Origin: Hormiphora californensis | Taxonomy: Eukaryota > Animalia > Ctenophora | Reading direction: 5' to 3' | NCBI GenBank assembly: GCA_020137815.1 | Contig: CM035360.1 | Location: 5,642,001 to 5,706,000, forward strand | DNA length: 64,000 nt | Shown: piece after piece, positions 22,941 to 35,900 of the stretch | Numbering within the stretch: the stretch's first letter is position 1 | Layout of the letters: each line of letters opens with the position of its first letter | Program-made: the position numbers and the translations under genes | The notes under the pieces: generated by a model | Databases searched by the model: none | The model's input: the letters and a program-made list of their open reading frames with translations, nothing else | What the model was told of the DNA's origin: nothing

Positions 22941-25900
22941 ATGTCTCGGTTGGTTTTGAGGTACCTACATCAGCATTCTAGACGACTTCAGTCAGCCCCA
23001 ATGATCTGTAGACGACTGCTTACCGACGAAGCGGATAAAGGTTAAAAAAGCACCACCCTTAGCTTCTCTTAGTCAGATTCTCATTGAAAACATCCGAAAG
23101 AAGTTGACAATTGTCTCTGAATCATGCAGCTAATTTTAGCAGAGAGAGAGGGGCCACAAGTACAAAATATAGTTTCTATTAGAAAAAAGATCAACGTGAT
23201 AGATACTGATACTCTCCCTCAGCAGGAACATGTGACCTGTCCATCTCCAATCGAACCGCTATCGTTACTCTGAGGAATGAGGGCAGGATGAACTGTATGA
23301 CAGAGCAAATGGCTGTCAAGTTTCAGGTACGATTATTGCACATTTTGGCACCGCACAGTTGTACTTGCTAATTACATATACATTACTAGGGCTGGGAGTT
23401 TTATCCCAGTTTTAGGTGCTTACAATTACAACTTTTAATTTACCTGGCTTTGGGAACTGTCGGGTGCCGTTACTAATTTCCATCTATCACAACACCAGGA
23501 GACGATAAGAACACTGCAGGAGAGGAACCCACAGGTGCGATGTCTTGTTATAACTGGACACGGGGGAAGTTTTGCAGCGGGTGCTGATCTGGCGTGGCTG
23601 GAGGAGAGAGGGAGGACACCGGAGGAGGAGAATTTCAAAATCATGCAGGTTAGCAATATTACCAAAAGTGAAGGAGCTGAACCACTCGTTGCTATGGTAA
23701 CACCTATTAGCGACTAGCACCCTCCAAACAAGTTGCAAATATTAGTGATCCTTTTCAAAAGAAAGGATAATTAGGATAATATCTTAGTTACATACTAAGT
23801 TAATTTTAATTTTGGCGCATGAAACTACTCCCTGGTACATCATTATAACTTACAAGAAGGCGATATTTCGCAGGCACAGTTCATGAAATAACCAGGTAGT
23901 GTAGCCGGCCAGTCATGCCACTTCCCTTCTTCTGGTGGCCATGTGTTATGATCATTAACCATGACAACGTAGTTCTCTATGTTGCCATTGTTATTTGGTT
24001 GGGTGGGCGCCCAGTTAAAATATGTAGCAGGTTCACCATTAAACCAAGCCCATGGCCCACTTTTATCGTTAGAGGGTGTTGTGTCATACAGACCGAGCCA
24101 GGTTGGCCCGTCTGACTTGAGGTTTATCAACCAAAGGAGTTCCTTGTTCTGGGACAGGTTCAGAATCTTGGGTAGATTACCGTTATGTGAGGTACACAGG
24201 GCTTGACAGTTGGTTATTGATTGAAACTCAAGACCGTCCGCGTCCGGAGAGATCAGGATTACCAATTTCTCTAGGGGCAATAATATATGGAAATTATCTA
24301 GTGCCATTATGTGTTAATAACACTAGATAAATCCCAATTAAAGATTAGAAGCAAATTAACGCTATAGCAGTCAATTGACGGCGTCACTGCAAAGGTCACT
24401 AAAAGTTATCTCACTTAGGACATCCGATCTTCCAAACAAAGATGCGTTTACGCATCCTAGCGTCTCATTGCCTTCTTTGCACTCTTCCATTTTCCACTGC
24501 CCATCGCACAGGAACACCATCTTATCACCCGGTGAGATTTGTGATTCCTGGCGGGCATTTTCACCGGACAGATATCCGATTATGTTCTCAGTCACATTAC
24601 AGCCACCTGCAAAAATAGGATAGAACTCTATATATTCAACTATTATTCAATGATATTAATTATTACGGCTCGATCGCTGGGTTTTTAAGGAATGTACTTT
24701 TACCTGCTGCAATTGAGAGTAGGGGGAAAAGGAGTAGAACAAACATAACCATGCGTACATTCAAAGGGTATAATGCTAAAAGGTAGACTGCTAAAAAGTA
24801 GTAGCTGTGTGAATGCTTGGCGCTTGCCCACAATACCATTATAGATGAAAACGGGAGAGGGAGATAGTGAAGGATAGAGGGATAGCGACACTGACAGATA
24901 GAGAGAGGGATAGAGAGGAAGATAGTGACAGAGAGAGAGAGAGACAGCGACACTGACAGATAGAGAGAGGGATAGAGCGGGAGATAGTGACAGAGAGAGA
25001 GACAGCGACACTGCCAGATAGAGAGAGGGATAGAGCGGGAGATAGTGACAGAGAGAGACAGCGACACTGACAGATAGAGCGGGAGATAGTGACAGAGAGA
25101 GACAGCGACACTGAGAGAAAGAGAGACAGCGACACTGACAGAGATTGATTGATTGATTGAAATAAATAGGTACGTGGAACACAAAGTATGGATGCACACA
25201 CAGAAAACACAGCGTAAAAACACAGTGAAAACATGTAAAATAGCAGTTCTAGCACACACATAAATCAGTTCCAACTGTCCCTTGCGAGACACTGTCAATG
25301 TCATAGTTCTTTGAAAACATTCAGATTGGTGGTTCGTAACCAGTGCCACAAGCTTGGGGGACAGGTGATGACTGGTTGTAGAGGAAGTCCACATGGGGAT
25401 GTTGCTCCGTGATAGGAAGACTTTGTGCCATATAGCGCATATGGGAAAGAAGATAGGTTAAGGGGAGAATTTAAGGAAGGGAGAGGCGAGGAGAGAGGGG
25501 GAAACAACTGCTCAATATAGATAATTTGGATAGGTTGGATTATAGGAGCCAGGTTGAATTATAGGAGCCAGGTTGGATTATAGGGTAGAGGGAATAGGGG
25601 GCTGTGGGGATCAATTTCTCAACAGAGAAGTGTTTAAACATGTCCATATAATATCAGGACCAGAGTTCTGAAGATGGGAGATCAACTTAAAGGCAGCTGA
25701 TTTGAAAGACTGAGGCGAGAAAAAACAAGATGCAGAGTTAAAATATGTTTTGTCTTTCAAAGCTGTGTTCCAAAACCGAGGCCCAGAAAACATGAAATTG
25801 TTGTCAAGGTATATGCGCCTACCGAGAGGAACCAGAGAGAGACACTCATTTCTAGAGGAAAACTTGATAATAGAGGTTGGTCTATGAGATGTATTGGTAC

Positions 25901-27719
25901 TGTAGTAATAAAACATTTCAGATAGTACAGAGAGTGTATAGAGCGAGTACACTGTCAGTAGTGACTCAGCGGCAAAAGTTGGTTTGGTGTGAGGCTTTGC
26001 ATACTTATCAAGCTTGGGTATGTTATAGAGAATACGAACAGCATCCTTCTGGAGCTTGAATAAAGGCAGAAGCTTGTTATTGGACGACCCCCAGACACAC
26101 AATGCATATCTAATATTAGACTGTATAAGCGACTCGAAGACAGAGCGCCTCATGGATTTAGGGAGACAATTCCTGAGTCGCCTCAGACTCCCTAAAGTAC
26201 AATAAGTCTTATTAATAACTTGCGTGATGTGGGGGTCCCAGGAAAGCTTACTATCAACTATAACACCTAGAAACTTGACCTGGTCGACACATAAGATATC
26301 ATCACCATTAAACTTGGGGAAGAAGATCTGATTAGAGTTGTCTAGCAAAGTACGGAAATGAATGAAATTAGTTTTACCAACATTAAGGTGTAGATAATTA
26401 GAACAGACATATTCCTGAAGGTTGGTCAAAATAAGATCAATCATACGTTGGACATCAGCAATGCTATCACCAGATATGAAGATACTTGTATCATCTGCAA
26501 AGAGAACAAACTTGATGCCTTTCGAACACCTCCCAGAACACACGGTTCTACAAGAACAAATAATATTGGGTAAATCATTCAGGTAAAGAATAAACAGTAT
26601 GGGACCTAAAATTGATCCTTGAGGGACACCGTAGATAATAGGGAGAGTAGAAGAAGAGAAATCTGATAAGCGCACGAGAGAGACAGCGACACTGAGAGAG
26701 TGCTGTTGTTGGAGGATCTCAAGCTCATATATGTAGGTATAGGCGGCTCAAGACTCTTTTTGGTGTACCAAAGTGTATGAAGAAGAAGAGTGTATGACTT
26801 ATTAGTGTACAAACCATTTTCCCAAACGACCTCCGTCCCCCACCCACTTAACTTCACAGTCCTTCCTTTTTAGGAGTACTACGGTTACTTCACAGTCCTT
26901 CCTTTTTAGGAGTACTACGGTTACTTCACAGTCCTTCCATTTTAGGAGTACTACGGTTACTTCACAGTCCTTCCTTTTTAGGAGTACTACGGTTACTTCA
27001 CAGTCCTTCCATTTTAGGAGTACTACGGTTACTTCACAGTCCTTCCATTTTAGGAGTACTACGGTTACTTCACAGTCCTTCCATTTTAGGAGTACTACGG
27101 TTACTTCACACCCCTGCTGGAGTTGCCTCTCCCGACGATAGCAGCTATTAATGGTCCAGCGGTGGGTGCTGGATTTTGTGTGGCCATGTTTTGTGACCTC
27201 CGGTTAACGGGGCAAACGGTTAAACTGGGTGCCAACTTCCTCCGTGTAGGTCAGTGGTTTAAATCAGGAACCGACCGAATCAGGAAATACTGGTCCCTGA
27301 TTGGCTGATAACCAGTCACGTGACCTAAATAACGTGTTCTGATTGGTTGTTTACTTGTTTCGGTCGGTTCCTGGTTTAAATGTTTTATCTGTGGTGAATC
27401 CCTTTGTTCTCACCAAATCAGTTGACCCAACATTCCCACGTCAGTCGTCAATTACCCATCTGACCTGTCCCAGGTATATATCCTAGGTATTAATTCCCCC
27501 CCTCTCCTAACTAGGTATATCCCCGGGTATGGGTGGAAGCTACACAATCCCCACAAAACTCTCCGACCAAGCCTCCAAGGAGATTATCCTGACAGGCAGG
27601 TTATTTAGTGGAGTGGAGGCTGAAAGGATGGGAGTGGTCATGAGGGCAGTCCCCGATAAAACTCAGGTATAGAGTCGCTGGTCGCTGAGCTCAGGGTAGG
27701 AAATTTGTCAGGATTTTAC

Positions 27720-27759
<40 letters not shown>

Positions 27760-30700
27760 TTCCGCGCTTATATACCGCCCATACCCGACAGAGACATGCC
27801 AAAATATTGACGATGTTCCGCCGAATCATCAGAGCGGTATATCCTCGACTAATTATATGACACACTCGAACAACTCTGGTTGAAAAACAATATATAGACG
27901 ACTAAATAAACTTGACTTATAAAACTGAGGGAATAACTGGTCCCATAATCCTGTAGATATAAATTAAAACACACTATACTCACACCTGCTCGAAAAAAGG
28001 ATACTAGGTAATGAATTAATAACATGGCTAGAGAGAGGATGACACTGATTGCCCGCAGGCCCCACAACCACAACAAACATTACAACTCAGCCATGGGTTC
28101 CCCATCACCCACTCCAAATGCACCAACGAAGAGATGTGTTTTCAGCCGGGTTTTGAAAGTATCCACACTGGGGATTGACCTGAGCTCAAGAGGAAGCTCA
28201 TTCCAGACAGAAGGCAGGAATACTGATAACCTCCTACGTCTCAACTTAGAGTTGGCATTGATACTGGTCATCTTTGGATGTTTTAACCTATAGGGATCCG
28301 GAACATTAGTCATCCTCGTTGTCCTAGAGGTTCCCCAAGTCTCATCACGTGGCACCAAATCCTGGAGATAACACGGGGCTGTTCCATTGACTATTTTATA
28401 GGCAATCAAACATGCTTTGAAGTCCAACCTATAGGAGATCGGCAAAATATGACACTGCCTGAAATACTCCATGTAGTTGTCCTGGTGTCCGTGGAGGTTA
28501 AATACAAAACGAACACAGGCATTGAGAAGCTTCTGGAGCCCACTGAGAACTCGACCAGGAAGTCCACAATACAGAATGTTACTGTAGTCTATCCTCGATA
28601 AAATCAACTGTTTGACCAACATTATCTTTGTTGGGATATCAAAACACCTGTGCAGTTGCCAAAGGTTTCGTAACATCAGCCCACACTGTTTCCTCACATT
28701 GTTAACCTGTCGTTCAAGGCCAAGATTATGATCCAAGAGAATTCCCAGGGTTTTACCATCTGTTCCACTACATTCACTGGGGGAGATTTCCGTTCCTCCA
28801 AAGTTGATAACTGGATCAAAAGAGACTTTGCTTAGAGAACTGCGCTTTCCAAGCAGGATGAATTCCGTTTTGGCCTCATTACAATTCAACCACTGCCCTA
28901 CCATCCACCTCTTCACTTTCGCCAGACACTCCTCAATATCCACCTTTGCCTCAACCCAGCCAGCAGCATCCGTAGGAACCAGACTCACGTAGAGCTGGGA
29001 ATCATCTGCATATAACTTTATCCGGAGTCCATATGGCTCCACAATATCTTGTACAGCCTCGATGTAGAGTAGGAACAAAATAGGACCAAGGAGGGACCCT
29101 TGAGGGACTCCACAAAGTAAGGCAAGGGTTTCCGAAAGGCAATCACCGACCGAAACTCTAAAAGATCTGGAACTCAAATAGCTTTTAAACCATCGGAGAG
29201 GTTCACCATCCACCCCAAACCGTTTCTGCAACACCTCCAACAACTTTCCATGGTCAACCGTATCAAAAGCAGCGCTCATATCTAGACAGATAAGAGCTAC
29301 TACGTTTCCTTTATCCATTTCCCCTAGAATGTCATCGAACATGCTTGCCAATAGCGTTTCGCAACTGTGACCAACACGATAGCCAGACTGATGTTTGCCC
29401 AAAAGAGAGTTGCGATCCAGGTAGTCATTGAGTTGCGTGAGAACTACCTTCTCAAGAAGCTTAGACAGAAATGGGATGTTCGAAACAGGACGATAGTTGC
29501 TGAGAGCTTCACGATCTCCATACATATTCTTGATGGTAGGAAAGACAAGTGCCTCCTGGAGAGATTCTGCGACCGAAGACTGATGTAGAGACTGATTGAC
29601 TATTGATGTTAATACAGGAGCCAGATCACTTATACACTCCTTTACCACCCAAGTGGGCAACGGGTCCAGGTCACAGTGCTTGCTGGACATCGATTTCACT
29701 AATGAAACAAGTTCCTCCTCAGATATCTCTTTGAATTCATTCCATATTGTATGACAGGACTTTCCAGATTCCACAAAATCGCCAGCCTGCTGCTGCTCCT
29801 CATTGACTTGGGTCCGAATTTTGGTCACCTTTGAACTAAAGAACTTTGAAAAATCATCAGCCAGGTTCTTGTTGTTGGTAGTCTCAGGAAGAATAGCTTC
29901 CGCTTTTCCCAGGAGTTTCTGTAACTTTCTTTGTAGCTTCTTCGGGTCCCCTTTTGCTGCATCCAAGTCCTCTTTAACAAAAGCTGCTCTCTTTTCCTTG
30001 TCCATGTTTCCATAGAGCTTCTTCAAATCATTGAATCTCCGTTTCGCTTCCTCAGTTCCATGCTTCCTCCAGTATCGTTCCGCACTCCTCCTCTTACGTA
30101 GTATTCCTCTTAGTTCCTCATCTCTCCACGGTTTAAACTTTTTCCCTGTCCTCACCCGTTTCCTCGGAACTCGCCTTTCCACTACACTTTCCAACCAACG
30201 ATAGAAGTTTACAATACTCTCCTCTGGATCCCGGCCTGGTTCAAATTCCGCTTTCTGGAGGTCCTCTCTGAATCCTTCCTTGTCCATTGACTTGTAGTCC
30301 ATGTATTCTCGAAACATTGATTTCCGCATACAAGAGTTTGACAGGTCCTGTCTCACTTCAAGCCCAAACTGTACCAGGAAGTGGTCCGAAGTAGTACCAT
30401 TAGGACAAATTGTTACGTCGCCTAGATTGGTTTCCTTTGTAGTTATCACCAGGTCTAAGGTTCCACCAAGTTGGTGAGTAGGCAACAGTGGTACTCTTTG
30501 CTGAAGGTCAAATGAATCTAGAAGCTCCAATAGTTTCCTCGAGTAGAAGTTGTTCTTGTCCTGCACCTGAAAGTTCAGATCCCCTGCTATAATTGGAGTA
30601 CCTTGCTTCATAACAAGTTCTGAAAGATAGTCTCCGAACTCAGATAGGAATGTAGCTTCTGTGAGTCTTGACTTAGTTGTGTATGGTGGACGATAAACAT

Positions 30701-31036
30701 TACAGAGTCTCTTTGGTTGATCTCTGTCACTGATGAGAACCTCCTGCACTTGAAAAGACTTAACAAGAGAGGAAAGTAGTAACTCTTGAAATTTCACCTT
30801 CTTTTCCCCGTGTGCAGGTATTACCGGAAGCCCTAGCTCTTGCGGACCAAATAACCAGCACAACATCACCGCTAGCAATGCGGGAATCCCTCCATCTTAC
30901 ACGGATATCACAGATCCCCGAGATCAAGGAGCAGTTGGTTAAAGAGGCAGCCGCCCAGGCGAGATGTTTTGCAGGACCTGACTACCGCATTGCGCTGGAA
31001 TCTGTGAAAACCAAAACACCACCCGTGTTTGAGTGA
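22941..31036 (+). CDS. Enoyl-CoA hydratase/crotonase-family protein, probably mitochondrial. Exons 22941-23040, 23223-23326, 23499-23648, 27090-27249, 27515-27666, 30818-31036
   Basis: Arg-rich N-terminal presequence; VITGHGGSFAAGADL; PTIAAINGPAVGAG...CDLR; GISPGMGGS; EIILTGR...AERMGVV. Confidence 0.9.
23843..24752 (-). CDS. Secreted C-type lectin domain protein nested antisense in crotonase intron. Exons 24752-24704, 24606-24415, 24270-23843
   Basis: Signal peptide MVMFVLLLFPLLSIAAG; TWLGL, YFNWAPTQPNN, GKWHD, CE motifs. Confidence 0.85.
24855..25142. repeat. GA-rich minisatellite (GAGACAGCGACACTGACAGATAGAG...)
   Basis: Several diverged copies; one more unit at ~26679-26699 beyond the LINE. 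Confidence 0.85.
25143..26672 (-). mobile_element. 5'-truncated non-LTR retrotransposon (CR1/L2-group RT) with (CAAT)n tail
   Basis: ORF 26675-25611: GVPQGSILGPILF, LFADDT, KFLGVIVDSKLSW; 3' UTR ends in CAAT repeats; interrupts a minisatellite. Confidence 0.88.
26852..27110 (+). repeat. 36-bp tandem array containing 7 copies of a crotonase 3' splice acceptor plus exon start
   Basis: Unit ACTTCACAGTCCTTCC(T/A)TTTTAG|GAGTACTACGGTT; last copy continues into the exon. Confidence 0.95.
27265..27373 (-). mobile_element. hAT-type MITE
   Basis: TIRs and 8-bp TSD GTTTAAAT. Confidence 0.92.
27721..30814 (-). mobile_element. 5'-truncated L2/CR1-group LINE (partial APE endonuclease plus uninterrupted RT ORF) with (TTA)n tail, in crotonase last intron
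   Basis: ORF ending 28080: NVYRPP, IAGDLN, PTH..GGTLDLV, SDH, NYRPVS, LDMSAAFDTVDH, GVPQGS, LYADDSQ; TAA repeats at 27721-27760. Confidence 0.95.
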
Positions 31037-31289
31037 GCCATGTTGAGGTTTTTGAAATGTAATTTATTTGTCAGATTATAATCTTTTTTGGGTTCTTAAA
31101 AAGTGCTGCTTGGATCTATAACACTCCCCTTTCCCTCCTCTTTAATTATACCCAGTACACCGTCGTTGTAGTTGTTCATAGTACTATAGCGAGATTACGT
31201 AGGATTTGGAGAGACCATGGTCCATCCCTTATTTGAATTGTTGATTCCCCCCTCACTCAACAATATTTCACTAGTTTTCTATCCTAGCC

Positions 31290-32270
31290 ATGCCAGTTGA
31301 TCAAGCGGTCGGGGAGCAATGGCACTCAGATTTCCAGAAGGTAATGCACAAGGCCCGCTCTGGAGTTCTATCAGTTGGGGATGAGTTTACTGACCAGCAG
31401 GCTATCTACTCAAAGGTAAGACGCAGGAACCGACCGAATAAGGAAATACTGGTCCCTGATTGGCCGATAACCAGTCACGTGACCTAAATTACGAGTTCTG
31501 ATTGGTTGTTTACTTGTTTCGGTCGGTTCCTGGTAAGACGTGGTTGGTTACACGTGGTACAACTCTATATTATATTTGATATACCCCTCCTTTGGTGAGC
31601 CAAGCACTACATTCCGCTACTCCAAATTGACCCTAATGATAAATGTACCCCCATGATAAATTCCTAATAATTTCTAACCCCTCCCCTCCAGTACGCTGAG
31701 CAGTATGACGACATAATCCACTCTGAATTCGAGGAGTACGTTGGGTTCCACCTCCTAGCCAACCACATCACCGATATGTTTGGGGACAAGAGTATGAGGA
31801 TCCTGGATCTTGGCTGTGGGACTGGTCTGTTGGGTGAGTCCCTCCACAGCAGGAATTGGAAGAACCTGGACGGCAGTGATTGTAATAGAGAGCTCCTCAA
31901 GGTAGCTGAGCGGAGGAAGATTTATAAGAATGTCTATACCAGCAAGGGGGTAGACGGGCTACCTGCGGAGCGGGTATACGACATCGCATGTTCCTCTGGT
32001 ACCTTCTTCCTATCTCCCTCACACCCGGGCACTGAGACCATTGTTGATCTGTGTCGACACGTGAAACGGGGTGGAAGTATCATGATCTTGACGAAGAAGG
32101 AGTATCTGGGGAAGGAGTTTGTGATGTGGGAGAGGGTGAATGAGATGCTGAGGAAGAATCTGTTGGAGGAGGTGGAGAGGGTGTTCATGCCCGGGTACAG
32201 GAAACCCTTTGATCATGAGACTGATCGGTTGAGTATGGCGGCTATACTGCATTACAGGGTTGTTGAGTAG
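31290..32270 (+). CDS. Class I SAM-dependent methyltransferase (METTL27/WBSCR27-like). Exons 31290-31415, 31692-32270
   Basis: IYSK|YAEQYDD, RILDLGCGTGLLGE, LDGSD, YDI, VKRGG. Confidence 0.85.
31424..31532 (-). mobile_element. hAT-type MITE whose TSD duplicates the splice donor
   Basis: 8-bp TSD GTAAGACG at 31416-31423 and 31533-31540. Confidence 0.92.
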
Positions 32271-32950
32271 ATCGACCTGGATTACAGGAGTTAGAGGAGT
32301 AGTAGTGATGATGTAGAGGAGTAACTAAACAGCGGGAATGCAGATTTTAAGGGAGTTAGAAAATGGAGTTTTATGGACTTATCAGTTATATCGGGGTGGT
32401 GCACGAGAGAAGGTAGAGTTCAGAGGAAGCATGACAGAGCATGATGGTGACAGAGAACTGACGTAAAGTTGAGGCTGCTATCAAATTATTTATTATTACA
32501 CATAAACTTGTTGAGTTACACATGAATAAGATAAACCCCATATATAATTATCCAGAAGTCAGCTGATACATATTCTCAATTAAAGTGTTCGATTTGTATT
32601 TTATCCTTGCAACGATGTGTAATGTTAACTGCCTAGAATAGAGTTATATCAATAAGTTTCCATTGCTAACAATCATGTGTTATTCTGCCTGACCCCAATT
32701 TGATGGGGTTGGCGGCGCCAGACATGTGTTATTTGTTTTTGTGAGAGTGTCATGTATCGAGTTAATATATTGCATAATTATGTTATGATTGAAGCGTGCT
32801 TGAATACATCAAATATTGTGTCTACTGTCTGATAAGTTCATTATTTTGATGTGGTAATTGGGTGGTACCCTTCTTGGGACAACTCATCATTGTTTTGAGT
32901 AATATTTGACAGAAAAAAACATAACTAATATTCTAAATATTTTAACAGCA

Positions 32951-35900
32951 ATGTATCACGCTGGCGACTCTGAACACTACCAGAGAAAACTGAAGAATGA
33001 AAACTTCAACGCCAAAGAATGTAAGTACGATCAGTCTGTGTGTGGTTCTGCAGCTCAGGATCTGTATATTTAACTCCTTTTCCGAGAGGATTCTATTCAA
33101 ACTCTGACACTGTCAGAGCATTGGCCTGACAACTCTCACACCCCATCCCTGACACCCTCTGACACCCTCTCTGACACCCCCTCTGACACCCTCTCTGACA
33201 CCCCCTCTGACACCCTCTCTCCTTCGTTTTTTAGTTGTCCAGCAGCTCTGTAAGAATCTAGATAATGCTCAGGACCTGTACAGTATGAGGAAGGTGGTGG
33301 AGGGCATCAAACAAACCAACTCATCAGGTCGGGGGATATGAGTTATTGGTTGGGGGAGATAGTTAGAGAGGGGTCTCATTGTGTTGTCGATCGTATCGTA
33401 TCAAGGAGAAACCACTTGTTATTAATCCATGGACAATGTAATATTCACAGTATGAATATCCAGATCTAAGACCAGCTGTATAACCCCTCCCCCTTTTCTA
33501 GATCTAACACCCTGTAACAACCCTCCTCTCTCTCCCCCAGATCTGTATAACAACACTCCCCGCCCCAGATCTCCATTATAAACCCATCCCTCCCCCAGAT
33601 CTCCAGCAGAATGTGTACCTGAACTACGATCAGTTTATAGAGACGAGTAAGGAGATCACATACCTGGAGGCTGAGGTATACAAGCTGGGTCATCTTCTTA
33701 CTGAGCAGAAGGCTCTCATATCAGCACTCACGGATCCTGACCAGACTGGGTTTAACAAGTTAGTTAATTATTAATTAATTAATTAGTTACTAACATTACA
33801 ATTAACAAGTTAGTTAACTCTAAATCTTTATTGAACAAGTTAATAATTGATTTATTGAGTTGCAATCTTTGAGTTCAAGCTGCAGAGAACATATCTTATT
33901 TATCTCCTTTCGTTAGTCAAATGCACGTGTATCACATTGTTTGTTGCCAGGTCCGATGCTCGGGATAGTTCCGGGCCACTAACAGACCAGGACCTAAGTT
34001 TAACCAGCCTTGTGGAACTAGTTCAAGGTGCTGCTGTGCTACAGGATGTCCCTGACAGGAAGATCATCCACAGCGGTGTTATTACAGGTGCGATATATGA
34101 CGTCACATGCCCATATATATGGTTTTTTTCGAGATATGATATTATGCCCATATATGCAGTGTATTTCAATAACATTTCTCTCTCTCCAGAGCTGAAGGAT
34201 GATGAGGAGAGGGAAGTGAGGATATTCCTGTTGAACGACTGTGTCATGAGCGCCGTCCCTACCAAGAGTGCCTGGATGTCTGAGAGCTACAAGGTAATTT
34301 GCGGGGAGAATCTCGTGTTTGTTATAGAAACTATCCTTTAGACTTTAAACTGTAGCATTGTCTGTCAGTAGTTTATTATAGAAAATATCCTTTAGAGTTT
34401 AGCTCAAAACTATCAAACTTTGCTGTAAAAACTCCCTCTCACCCAGATGTGTGATCTATTGGAGCTGAAGAATGTCACTATAACGGAGGGGAAGGCGACC
34501 TTTACAGGAAACCTCACATTCAGGATAACTCAGTACCCGGCTAACACCTTCACGTACAAGGCACAGAATGAACAAGTCAAGGTAGGTTTTAGAAAACCCA
34601 TTTTACCGGAATCGATTATAAGTGTTAAAAATATATTATTGGGTACAGTGTACCGGGTACCCCCTCTTGCTTCCACGAGATTTGAAGTGTACTGGAAAGC
34701 GCGGAAGAGGGGACCGTAACAGGAATTGAAGGTTTGGATGTCTTTTTAATCCATCACACACACACCCCATCAGAGAGAGTGGGTATCGCTGATAAAGCAG
34801 GCACAACAGGACTGTAAGGAGACTCCTAGCAACTCAGAGGATGCAACCTCTATGGCGTGCAGTCCAGGGGGCAGTGATATAGAGGGCACTACGGCTGAGG
34901 AAAAACGTAGAAAGGTACTGGCGGAATCAATGTTACAAACCCATTATTATAATTTTTCGTATCTAACTTGACTTAGATTACCGTTTTGGCGTAATTTGCG
35001 GTCAAAGTATGCCAAATCAGCCGAAAATGCCTAAAAATTAGTTAATTGGCCTTCTTTGACCGCAAAATTACGCCAAAACGGTAAGAGATAGGCTCTAAAT
35101 TTTTCCACAACTCTTAGATTGAAATTTTTTTCTGAACAAAATGGCACCAATGAAAAGTCTCTAAACCATTCCTAAGTGGCTATAGCATATAGCCAAAATA
35201 CGGTTATGCGCATATCTAATTATCCAATTATCTAATTAACCAGATGAGATAGAGACTTAATTTCAGCACCTACCCCCACTAATGCGAGGACGCTACACAA
35301 TCTAGTGCCCTTGATTTTTTCTCTACTCGTCTCCTAAGATGGTTTTTGGGTTTTCCTGCCAGGCTAGAAATACATGTATTTACATGTGTTTACTTCTTGC
35401 GCGCTCAGCGCGCGTGCGCACTTCCGATTATCGTGTACTTTTTTTTGGTGATACTAGACACCTATCCGGACCTATTGGTGAAGAAATTAGCTTGTTAAAA
35501 ATTTTGCTGAAAAAATATACTAAAATTCCCTAACTATAGATACTACAGTACTGGACATTCAATTTCCCCTTCTCACTAACCCACTGTCATATCTTTCTGT
35601 CAGAACCTCCAGCTAGAGCGACTGCAAGAGCTCCCTGAGCATCTGGACGTGTGCATTGCACAAAGGAACTTTGATGACGCTGTAAGGAGGATAAGGAATG
35701 CAAAACAGGCCCTGAATGAGTAAGTTATATTGTCAGCTGAGAAATATATCCTTTCTTTTTTGTCTGTTATAATTAACAATCGCAGCTACATTTGCCTATC
35801 TAACTTACTGCTTTTGAGTACAAACCGTGGGAAACAATATCACATGTCACCTACCTAGCAGCTCTGTATTATAGTGTCCACATGCAGTAGTTCATTCTTG

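Noticed and set aside
30812-30878. N-terminal extension of the LINE ORF
   Set aside because: It is the antisense of the crotonase last exon; the LINE is 5'-truncated
34970-35460. Hairpin plus GC palindrome and CTAG suggesting a Helitron/Helentron fragment
   Set aside because: Boundaries and target site cannot be defined from one copy
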